53,922 nucleotides of DNA from Macrostomum lignano (taxonomy: Eukaryota). Below, one piece after another: positions 1-10,827 of the stretch. Position numbers and translations under genes: made by a program. The stretch spans positions 1 to 53,922 of the forward strand of contig NIVC01004233.1 in the NCBI GenBank assembly GCA_002269645.1. The letters are read 5' to 3'. Numbering within the stretch: position 1 is the first letter of the stretch; each line of letters starts with the position of its first letter. The notes beneath the pieces were generated by a model, which worked only from the letters and a program-made list of their open reading frames with translations, was not told the DNA's origin and made no database searches.

Positions 1-399
1 TGACATCCTGCACTTTTTAAATAGCCATGACTTTCCTGGTACATGGACATTTACATACTGGTACGTAAGTTGTTTCCATCGGATTGAGACATGGTTTATA
101 ATTAGTATATGTATATTAGTAATAGTAAATTCAGTCAGTCTTATCATGTACGAGCAGTGGCGGATCTAGAATTTCATTTTGGGAGGGGGCGGTCCAAGTT
201 TGGGAGGCCAACATGAGTAATGAGGGGCACCAATTATGAGGGGGTGCAAAAATGCTGTACTGCTGAAAATAACGAACGGAAACACGGATTGCATGTTATT
301 AATTTCTTAAATACGTACGAGTATTTGATTGAGAAGCACAATATCGGGGAAGAAAAGTTTTGCCTTCTCTGTGACGTGCACAGCTACATGGGGGGGGGT

Positions 400-690
400 T
401 CATAAGACCGAAATTTCACAACGCCGAAACCATACTTCACAAGACCGAAAAAAAGACCGAAATTTCACAACGCCGAAAGCTCAAAATGCAGGGCCCTTCA
501 CAAGACAGAACTTCATAAGACCGAAGTTTCACAAACCCCAAAGCTTAAAATACTGGGCCCTTCCAAGACTGTTGCGAAGTTGCTGCCTTTTTGTTGCTTC
601 GTCGTTACCACGAAATACTTTTATTTGTAGTAATGAAGTTTGAACTTATGAAGTTTCGGTCTTGTGAAGGATCGTGCAGCAGTTTCGGCG
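400..690. repeat. Cluster of TTCA(T/C)AAGACCGAAA(TTTCACAA) motifs with one inverted copy; possible transposon subterminal region
   Basis: Copies near 400, 437, 455, 497, 512; inverted copy TTATGAAGTTTCGGTCTTGTGAAGG near 646-670; no matching second end or TSD found. Confidence 0.45.
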
Positions 691-2220
691 GAGTTTTAAC
701 AAAGGCTCTCAGCCAATCGGAAAATTCGGCGTGCCTTATAACAAATCGGCCGCGTGAGAGCTATAAAAGGCGGCAACTCGAACCGCGCTCGAAATATCTC
801 CCGGTTTTTGTCCTTGCCAAGGCCTGGGGCGCTCAACTTGGCCTGATACTGCTTCTGGCTCTTCCCCTTACGGTCCTGCCGACCTGATCCTCCTTCCCCG
901 GCAGTTTCGGCTTCAACAGCTAAGTTCCCCCTGAGAAGCATCATCAATATCTCCGGCAGTGATCTAGAGCAGCCTTCCTTAGGCTCAACCGCAGGGATCT
1001 TAGAGCATTTACATGTACATGGGCCCTCTCCGGGCATGCATGGCTGCTTCTCTCGCCACCGCTTCCTTCAGGGCCAGGTACTTGAGGAGCGGTGCGCGGG
1101 CCTAAGCTCTTCTGCCGTTCAGCAGGCAGTAAAAACGCAGAACAATTTATCTGCCACTACCCGGTCTTCACCACTCACTCACCCCGGCCCAACTCTCCGA
1201 CGCTTGCAGGCCGAGAGCATATCGATGCTCACCGGTACCTCAGCTGAGTTTTCCCCACCGCCGGTGAGGAGGACCGCGCTGCAAGCGAGACCGACGCCCC
1301 GAGGGACATCACTTCGATGGAAGTCATTCATGGTCGCCAGAGGCTAGCGGAATGGGCGGTCTCCTCCGCCTCCTGATCGCTGCATCCGCCGGATGATGCC
1401 CTCTGCAGCTAAGTCAAACATACTCGTGTGCATACTGGCACTAATCCATGATTGAACATACATGTAGGTGAAATACATGTACTTGCGTGAGTTGCGTCAG
1501 TGTCAATACGCTCTTTTCCAAAATACTTGAGCTCTTGTGCTAATCTCCATTCTAGCCGTGCTTGCTTTTGCTAGTGCCCGCTTGTTCATGCAACCCAATT
1601 TTGGTGCTATTTTTAAACCTAGCTTACTTGAGGTAGCAAATTAGCCAGACTAGCTCGTATATGGATAGTTTGCCATTAGCTAAGGATAGTTTAACATTCT
1701 GAGCAGGATGAGAGAATTTTCAGGCCGCCACGATCCGAAATTCAAACGACTTGCAGTCTGGTCATTTCTTTTGGCGAACGAAATTTCTCAAATAAGTGTA
1801 ACACAAAGTGAAAAAAATTAGAAAACTACTTGGACGATTTTACCTTTCAAAACTGCACAAAAATGCATGGCGCAACAGCCAAATTACCGGGGTGACATCG
1901 ATCGAGAAAAATGCTTTTTTATTTGTTATTCGGACAAAAAATAATTACAGCTCTCATAAACGCAAAGGTAGTGTGCCGCTTGGATAGAAAAACAACTGAA
2001 GTAATGCGCGCAACATAGAGCTGCCCGCAGAAACTTCAGCTACACAGCAACTACAAACCGCTGGTACAGGACTGCGCATCGCCAGGGTGTGAGTCCCACG
2101 AACACGCATCACTTCAGACAATCGTTCAGGTCATAACCATAGTTATTAAATAATCCTCACTTTGTCACTGTTCGTTAAGGTCGAAGCGGAACCGGACCGG
2201 ATGATAGCACGCGGAGCAGC

Positions 2221-2708
2221 GATCGTCCTCCGCTTGAGCCGGCGGTCACTGCAGCCGAAGCGGTAGGCAGCAAACGGTTCTGCGATCATCCTCCGCTTGA
2301 GCCGGCGGTCACTGCAGCCGAAGCGGTAGGCAGCAAACGGTCCTGCGATCATCCTCCGCTTGAGCCGGCGGTCACTGCAGCCGAAGCGGTAGGCAGCAAA
2401 CGGTCCTGCGATCGTCCTCCGCTTGAGCCGGCGGTCACTGCAGCCGAAGCGGTAGGCAGCAAACGGTCCTGCGATCGTCCTTTGCTTGAGCCGGCGGTCA
2501 CTGCAGCCGAAGCGGCAGGCAGCAAACAGTCCTGCGATCGTCCTCCGCTTGAGCCGGCGGTCACTGCAGCCGAAGCGGCAGGCAGCAAACGGTCCTGCGA
2601 TCGTCCTCCGCTTGAGCCGGCGGTCACTGCAGCCGAAGCGGCAGGCAGCAAACGGTCCTGCGATCGTCCTCCGCTTGAGCCGGCGGTCACTGCAGCCGAA
2701 GCGGCAGC
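2221..2708. repeat. 63-bp GC-rich tandem repeat, about 7.7 copies
   Basis: GATC(G/A)TCC unit starts at 2221, 2284, 2347, 2410, 2473, 2536, 2599, 2662. Confidence 0.95.
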
Positions 2709-2964
2709 ATTTATCGGATCCTTGCAAAATTGAATATCTTTTCTGGCATCCCAAATCCCAAATGGCTTTCATAAACGCACAGTTCCCCGTTGGAAAGCCG
2801 AATACAAAGTGCGGCGTCAGCGTTAGCTGACTCGCATGTACGCACCAGAAATGGTGAGAGTGAAGTGTCTGAAGTAAATAATGATGCATAGTGTTATCTT
2901 TTTAAATAATACCAAAACGAAACAATCTTCTCAGTTTTGAACATAAATGGAGACAGTACTCAAG

Positions 2965-5850
2965 GGCACAGTGGGAGATAGCCTGGAAGTGGTTGCCATG
3001 GAAGGGGTAGCCTGGGAGGAGTAGCCTGGAAGAGCTGCCTGGGAGGGTTAGACTGGAAGGGCTGCCTGCGAGGCGTAGTCTCGGAGCGCTGCCTGGGAGA
3101 GGTAGAGTGGGAGAGGAGCCTGAGAGGGGTTGAGTAAGAGGGGTAGCCTGGCAAGAGTAGTCAGGAAGGGTAGCCTGGGAGCGCTGTCTGGAAGAGGTTG
3201 AGTGGGAGATGAAGCCCGGGAAGGCTGCCTGGGAGGGTAGTCGGGTTAGCCTGGAGGGGCTGTCTGGGAGGGGTAGCCTGTGAGAGGTAGAGTGGCAGGG
3301 TGTGGGGAATGCCGGCAGGGTGTGGGGAAGGCCGGCAGGGTGTGGGGAAGGGTAGCAAGGAGTAGGGAAGGCCAGCAGGGTATGGGGAAGGCCGGCAGGG
3401 TGTGGGGAAGGACAGCAGGGGTGGGGAATGCCGGCAGGGTGTGGGGAATGCCAGCAGGGAGTGGGGAAGGCCGGCAGGGTGTGGGGAATGCCAGGAGGGA
3501 GTGGGGAAGGCCTGCATTAATGGGGAAGGACAGCAGGGTGTGGGGAAAGCCTGCATTGGTGGTGAAGACTAGCAGGGTGTGTGGAAGGCCAGCAGGATGT
3601 GGGGAAGCCGGCAGGGAGTGGGGAAGGCCTGCATTGATGGGGAAGGACAGCAGGGTGTGGAGAATGCCAGCAGGGAGTGGGGAAGGCCTGCATTGATGGG
3701 GAAGGATAGCAGGGGTGTGGGGAAAGCCTACATTGGTGGTGAAGACTAGCAGGGTGTGTGGAAGGACAGCAGGGTGTGGGGAAGGGTAGCAGGGAGTAGG
3801 GAAGGCCAGCAGGATGTGGGGAAGCCGGCAGGGTGTGGGGAAGGCCGGCAGGGTGTGGGGAAGCCGGCAGGGTGTGGGGAAGGCCGGCAGGGTGTGGGGA
3901 AAGGTAGTAGGAAATAGGGAAGGCCAGCAGGGAGTAGCGAAAGCTGACAGGGTGTGGGGAAGGGTAGCAAGGAGTAGGGAAGGCCAGCAGGGTATGGGGA
4001 AGGCCGGCAGGGTGTGGGAAGGACAGCAGGGAGTAGGGAAGGCGGGCAGGGTGTGGGAAGGACAGCAGGGTGTGGGGAATGCCGGCAGGGTGTGGGGATG
4101 CCGGCAGGGTGTCTGGAATGCCAGCAGGGAGTGGGGAAGGCCTGCATTGATGGGGAAGGACAGCAGGGTGTGGGAAGGCCTGCATTGATGGGGAAGGACA
4201 GCAGGGAGTGGGGAAGGCCTGCATTGATGGGGAAGGACAGCAGGATGTGGGGAAGCCGGCAGGGTGTGGGGAAGCCGGCAGGGTGTGGGGAAGGCCGGCA
4301 GGGTGTGGGGAAAGGTAGTAGGAAATAGGGAAGGCCAGCAGGGAGTAGGAAAGCTGACAGGGTGTGGGGAAGGGTAGCAAGGAGTAGGGAAGGCCAGCAG
4401 GGTATGGGGAAGGCCGGCAGGGTGTGGGAAGGACAGCAGGGTAGGGAAGCGGCAGGGTGTGGGGAATGCCAGCAGGGAGTGGGGAATGCCGGCAGGGTGT
4501 GGGGAATGCCAGCAGGGAGTGGGGAAGGCCTGCATTGATGGGGAAGGACAGCAGGGTGTGGGGAAGGCCTGCATTGATGGGGAAGGACAGCAGGGAGTGG
4601 GGAAGGCCTGCATTGATGGGGAAGGACAGCAGGATGTGGGGAAGCCGGCAGGGTGTGGGGAAGCCGGCAGGGTGTGGGGAAGGCCGGCAGGGTGTGGGGA
4701 AAGGTAGTAGGAAATAGGGAAGGCCAGCAGGGAGTAGGGAAAGCTGACAGGGTGTGGGGAAGGGTAGCAAGGAGTAGGGAAGGCCAGCAGGGTATGGGGA
4801 AGGCCGGCAGGGTGTGGGGAAGGACAGCAGGGGTGGGGAATGCCGGCAGGGTGTGGGGAATGCCAGCAGGGAGTGGGGAAGGCCGGCAGGGTGTGGGGAA
4901 TGCCAGCAGGGAGTGGGGAAGGCCTGCATTGATGGGGAAGGACAGCAGGGAGTGGGGAAGGCCTGCATTGATGGGGAAGGCCAGCAGGATGTGGGAAAGC
5001 CTCCAGGATGTGGGGATAGCCGGCAGGGTGTGGGGAAGGGTAGCAGGAAATAGGGAAGGCCAGCAGGAGTAGGGAAGGCTGGCAGGGTGTGGGGAAGGAC
5101 AGCAGGATGTGGGGAAGCTGGCAAGGTGTAGGGAAGGCCGGCAGGGTGTGGGGAATGCCAGCAGGGTGTCTGGAATGCCAGCAGGGAGTGGGGAAGGCCT
5201 GCATTGATGGGGAAGGACAGCAGGGTGTGGGGAAGGCCTGCATTGATGGGAAAGGACAGCAGGGAGTGGGGAAGGCCAGCAGGATGTGGGAAAGCCTCCA
5301 GGATGTGGGGATGGCCGGCAGGGTATGGGGAAGGGTAACAGGAAATAGGGAAGGCCAGCAGGAGTAGGGAAGGCTGGCGGGGTGTAGGGAAGAACAGCAT
5401 AGTGTGGGGAAGCTAGCAGGGTGTAGGGAAGGGTAGCCAGAAATAGGGAAGGCCAGCAGGAAGTAGGGAAGGCTGGCAGGGTGTGGGGAAGGACAGCAGA
5501 GTGGGGGAAAGACAGCAGGGTATGGGGAAGGACAGCAGGGTATGGGGAAGGACAGCAAGGTGTGGGGAAGGACAGCAGGGTATGGGGAAGGACAGCAAGG
5601 TGTGGGGAAGGACAGCAGTGTGTAGGGAAGGCTAGTAGGATATGGGAAAAGCCAGCAAGGTATGGCCATGTGGGAAGGCCAACAAGATACAATGAAGGCC
5701 AAGCAGGATATATTAAAGAGCAGCAAGGTTTGTGAAAGGCAGCAGGGTGTAGAAAAGGCGCATAAAAGACAATGAAGGGCAGCAAGGTATAGGGAAGGCT
5801 TGTAGTTGTATTGATAAAAATAGGTAGCAAGTGTTGTAGGAAGGCCACCA
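2965..5850 (+). repeat. G-rich composite minisatellite (about 20-bp core GGCAGGGTGTGGGGAAGGCC) with higher-order duplications
   Basis: The block AAGGTAGTAGGAAATAGGG recurs near 3901, 4312 and 4701; edges are degenerate; all overlapping ORFs are repeat-derived. Confidence 0.93.
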
Positions 5851-5851
5851 G

Positions 5852-8529
5852 CTGGGTTTTTTTTTTGCCAGAGATAAGGTGCGAAATCGCACCTTGTGCC
5901 AAATTTCAAGGTGCGATTTTAAGGCTCAGAGTGCAATTTCTCCTGAGTCTTGTTTAGAATGTGAGGGTTTCACGAGAGATATTCAGACAGACATTCGAAA
6001 CGATCGTCTGTAACTTTAAACAAAATTGACCCGCTTCAACCATCTTTTTGGCAAATACTTACGCAAGTGTTGGGCGTCAATAAGCTTTAATTTATTAACT
6101 GAAGTAAAAATCCTTCTGACATACATTGATTTAAAAATTGCTTAGCAACACTAGCTCTGATTAGAAATCGCTTTACTGTTGACTAAAATTGTTTTGATCG
6201 TAGCAGCCTAAAAGCAGATACTGGATTTAAAAATGCTTCGATTTACTCTATACGCATGTCTCAGCTTTAAAATGACACCTCAGGCGTCGCAAAAGACAGC
6301 TTTGATGCTGAGATATTCGACACTAAACATGCATTGCTTTGCGCAGTCTCACATTCAGAAATTTCACTGATTTTTTGTCGATATTTGTGCAGCTGCCGTG
6401 TCCTTGTTTTTCATTAGAAACTTGTCAAATTCTAGTCATGTCCAGTTTAAACCTGGACTTCTCTTAAACTGTCTTAAGTATTTGATTTTTAATGATTCCT
6501 GCCTTTATATTGCATAGATTGTACCTGAGTCAGTGAGTCTGTGAGTGTACATTTGTACATATGGCAACCAATCATGACTTTTTCACCGCTTTGCGGTTCA
6601 AATAAATATACGAGTGTACAAGAAACATGTTCCAACTGTTATTGAGAGAAATTGACGTCGCGTTTATTAATAGTCAGTGGCAATTAATATGAAGCAAATA
6701 GTTTATTGTTATGTTTTTACTTTTTTGCGTGGCAATTCTGCTATCCAAATCGGAATGAGGTAAGCGGTGGGAATAAAATAAAAAGGAAGAATTTTTTCTA
6801 CTATTGTTGCAACCCAATAGCTATATGTACTTCAAACTTTTTAGATTGAACAGGCGATTTCTAATGTACTGCTAAGCTTTCCAATCCCTACGGACTACAG
6901 TAGCAGTTTTTAACTTTTTTTCTGTCTTGACTTCTAGACTCGGAATTCGGAACAACCTAAGGAGCCGCATGAAAATATTTAATTGGATAAAGATATTTTC
7001 TAAAAACAGCTCAAGTCGTGACACATCTTCTTCTCACCTCAGTTAATCAACTGCTGCTCCTTCTCAGACCAAAGCGATCGTGAAAGTAAAACAGATCAGT
7101 TTAGATCCCATGGCCATGAATACAACCATTTCAATTGTGAACCTGCTTCGCTTACAAGTACGAGCACTAGCCTTCCATTTGATGCCATTAGCTCACTTAA
7201 CTCTGAAATAGTTCAAGGACGGTTCCAAATGTTGAGATCTGACGTAGTAGAAGCAGTCCAATTTGTGGAAATTTATCAACTGGACTCCATGAATCACTCC
7301 AATGAAAGGCGGCGAATAGCTGTAGAATGCGTAAACAAGTTTAAGTGAGTCACAAAAACCCCATTTACTGTAACTACATACACTTGTACGTTAGCAAGGC
7401 TCCATGCGATGGTTAATAAATGGAGAAGTAGACAAGCATCTGAACAAATATTGAATAAAAATCAGTGAAGTTTCCGAATGTGAGTTTGAGCAAAGCAATG
7501 TTTAGTGTTGAATATCTCAGCATCAAAAAAGCTGTCTTTTGCAATGCCTGAGGTGTCATTTTAAAGCTGAGACATGCGTATAGAGTAAATCGAAGCATTT
7601 TTAAATCCAGTATCTGCTTTTAGGCTGCTACGATCAAAACAATTTTAGTCAACAGTAAAGCGATTTCTAATCAGAGCTAGTGTTGCTAAGCAATTTTTAA
7701 ATCAATGTATGTCAGAAGGATTTTTACTTCAGTTAATAAATTAAAGCTTATTTGACGCCCAACACTTGCGTAAGTATTTGCCAAAAAGATGGTTGAAGCG
7801 GGTCAATTTTGTTTGAAGTTACAGACAATCATTTTGAATGTCTGTCTGAATGGGTCTCCCTAAAACACGCCCCGCACCGCCCTGCAGCGCTACACATTAA
7901 AACAAATTGGACTATAATTAAAGACACTTCAGAATGCGTTTTCTGTTAAGCTTCAAGTTTTTATTAAATTTAGTTTTTTTTACTTTGAAATATAAAATTC
8001 GGTGAACAATAAGTGATATTAATAATAATATTAATAAAATAATAATATTATAATTTAATAATGAAAACGAGAATATAAAAAATAATAATATTTAAAAAAA
8101 TAAATAAAGATATTTATTCCATTACTATTTTAACTTTTCCTTGCAATCAAATACTGCATTGACAAAAAATGTTATAATGTGTAGCAGTTCGGGGCCCGGT
8201 GCGGGGCGTGTTTTAGGGAGCCTTTGTCTGAATATCTCTCGTGAAACCCTCACATTGCTCACATTTCAGACAACTGGGAATGTATATTTTAATATCTTAC
8301 ATAAGGCTATAGCTATAGGCTATATCGTCTATATGACTTAATAGGATTTAAAGAGTTATTTTGTTTCATATTTTAAGGCAATGCATAAAAAATAGCTTAA
8401 GCATGGTTAAGCCTTTAAAGAAAAATGGTTATAAGACCGCACCTAAACCGCACCTACTTTTTTAATTTCAGGGTGCGATTTTAAAATTTAGGGTGCATAC
8501 GCACACTCTGCGCACAAAAAAAAACCCTG
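5852..8529. mobile_element. Non-autonomous hAT-type DNA transposon, 2678 bp
   Basis: Termini CTGGGTTTTTTTTT and AAAAAAAAACCCTG (TIR with 1 mismatch); perfect 8-bp TSD GCCACCAG at 5844-5851 and 8530-8537; subterminal GGTGCGA/CGCACC repeats at both ends; degenerate satellite continues on both flanks. Confidence 0.82.
5981..7851. repeat. Long inverted repeat (arms about 5981-6396 and 7436-7851) inside the hAT element
   Basis: The two arms of about 415 bp read as reverse complements, near-identical in the outer portion (e.g. GACCCGCTTCAACCATCTTTTTGGC vs GCCAAAAAGATGGTTGAAGCGGGTC). Confidence 0.92.
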
Positions 8530-9479
8530 GCCACCAGGGTAGGGTATGGTGAAGGGCAACAAGGTATAGCTATGTAGGGAAGGCTAGCAGGTTATAGATA
8601 GGGAAAGGGAAGGTTAAAAAAAACAAAAAAATATAGAACCTCAAAATACTAAATACTAATTTCAGGCTTAACCTATAATATAAAATAGTAGAATAGAACC
8701 TAATTTATTATTAAAATAAAAATAAAGAATACATTCATTTATGGAATTTTATGCTAGCTCAGCTAGTTAAACTAGTTATATATAATAGGCTATTAGTATA
8801 GTATATTAGAACCCTAAATTATGCCTGTTCAATATATCTATCAATATAGCTTTACTAAATAGTTTCTCTCCTAAACTCAGGATTCAGGGTTCAGAAAAAA
8901 AGAATATATAGCTTTAGGCCTCGCTTAGTCATACAGTTATTGCATTCCATTACAAAATGGTGCATAGGCCTAGCTACAAACTAAAACTGAGTGCCATCCA
9001 AGTTCACTTATTGAACTTTAAGTCGAGTCATATTGTTCTTCTGTTCTAATATTAATTTGCTGGGCCTATTAATACAGTGTATTGTGGAAATAATAAACAG
9101 CTAGTAGGCCTACATAAAATAATGTTAAATGTTAACACTTGTAGTTGTAACTAAGTCATCCTGACCTAATATTTATCTAGCATTCTAGTGACACTAAAAT
9201 TACTGTACTAGAGAATAGTAGGCTAGTAAAATCGCTAGGCCTACTTTGCATTAGTGAACTAAAGAGTAGTAAGAGAATTTGGCTCAGGCAATTAGCCTGT
9301 TTGGCCAATATATTATAGAGCTATGTATTTGGAATTTTCGAATATAGAAGTTTATAAAGACGATTTGACGACGATTTGCTGAGTTATTGTAAAAGATAAA
9401 GTATTTGAAAGCGCGCCAGAATTTTTACGGTATTTTTAGACGAAAAGTGACGACTAACAACTAACAACGAGTATAAATA

Positions 9480-10163
9480 TTAATACAAAAATGAGTACAA
9501 GATCCGAATACGGGAGTAGGCAGAGCCAGTTTCGCTCAGGTTTCTCAGATTACCGAAGAAGGCCGCTTTGTCGCTATCGTTGACCAGCCGAACAACGAGG
9601 GGCCTTGGTCGATTGCTGAGAGGTTGTTCGCGACCGATCCGCCTGGTGGCGACAATTGGGACAGTTGCGGGGGACACTTTGAGCCCATCCTGCATAAAGT
9701 CCTCGAGCTTAGCGTCTTCTTGGAGTCCAAAAACTATGATGTTATTCTTCTTTATACCGCGCTGCCTGACTTCCTCCACGATTTCATCAAAGCTGATGTC
9801 GTAGGTGACAGTTTGCTTCCCGCTCTCAATCGACTCTAGCTCTTCTATGCGTTCTTCGAGGGCCGTCAGCTTGACTTTGAGGTCTTTAAGCAGCTCCACG
9901 CTGTTAAGTAGCGCGCGGGCATGGGTCTTGCAATCTCGGCAAGTCCATATGAGACCATTATCGCTAGGGCCATTTGCGATGGCGGTGAAAATTGGCTTTG
10001 CTAGGCCGGAGCAGGACTGGTGGCACCAGCGGTGACAGCTTTCGCATTGAATGCCTTCGTGCACTTCGTCGTTGCAGGCTAGGCAGCTGCCATCAACAGT
10101 CTCTCGCCTTGATAAGCAAAAACGTCTGTTCAAATTTGTGCCATATTGGGCCTTTGTGCGCAT
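9480..10163 (-). mobile_element. LINE (CR1/L2-type) ORF1-like protein: PHD finger, coiled coil, RRM-like domain; no ORF2 follows
   Basis: C4HC3 pattern CLAC...CESC..WCHQSC...WTCRDC; heptad-rich region LKDLKVKLTALEERIEELE; KKNNIIVFGL and RRIG...RPRPLVVRL motifs typical of LINE ORF1. The ORF runs into AT-rich non-coding sequence. Confidence 0.8.
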
Positions 10164-10717
10164 AAAAAAGGCAGTTTATATCATGCCACCGTATCATATA
10201 GCATGATACGGACTGCCTTATAGGCGGTTTTTGCCGTGTTCTATACCGCCTAACGTGTATATACGGCTGCCTAGCCTCAAGCACTGTCGCCATTTTCTAC
10301 ATTAGTAGTCAACATTTAACTGTCACGTTTTTAACTAATTTTATACATAGATTTTTACATAGATTTTTGTGTTTTGCATATGATAAAAATTTAAATTTGT
10401 TTTTATTTGTTTCAATTCGTTTAATGTAATAAATTTTAAAGTCACTTTTACTACGATACAGTTTTAAATAAGCTTGATCGCGCGCGCGTGCAATTCGTTT
10501 TGACCTAATTCATACCCTGCGTAGATTAGCCATCGATTTTAAAGCATTTTACATTTATAAAAATTATTAACAAATCGATCAGCCATTACAATTCTTGTTA
10601 GTTGCGAAACTTTTCCAACTTTAGTCTAGCTACTAGAGCAAAATTTGTTACAGTTTTTCTTATCATAGAGACCTAGACATAGGCACCTCTTGACCTCTGG
10701 ACTGTAGTATATTGAGT

Positions 10718-10827
10718 ATGGGGATTAATAAGAACAAATTTTCGTTTTGTATGCTTATTTTTTTACTGTTTCTTCAAATGTATTCAGTGCTAGCACTCTA
10801 TGAAGATGAAATAGGAAAACATGACTG
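10718..10827 (+). CDS. EMC1: EMC1 exon 1 (signal peptide plus start of mature protein)
   Basis: MGINKNKFSFCMLIFLLFLQMYSVLA-LYEDEIGKHD-TG|GTAAGT. The phase-2 donor joins AG|G at 17561 to complete the conserved Trp. The ATG at 10751 is an alternative start. Confidence 0.88.

Noticed and set aside
155-1160. CAGTGGCGGATCT as a possible MITE left end paired with ATCTGCCACTA near 1150
   Set aside because: Only a 10 of 12 match and no target-site duplication.
2146-2889. Minus-strand ORF with an insulin/relaxin-like look (C..FMKAIWDLGC-QKR-...CCRFGC)
   Set aside because: B-chain Cys spacing is 10 rather than 11, the final A-chain Cys is missing, there is no convincing signal peptide, and most of the ORF is the 63-bp repeat.
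3246-5909. 887-, 718- and 627-aa Pro/His/Cys-rich ORFs
   Set aside because: Translations of the C-rich strand of the satellite; no domain structure.
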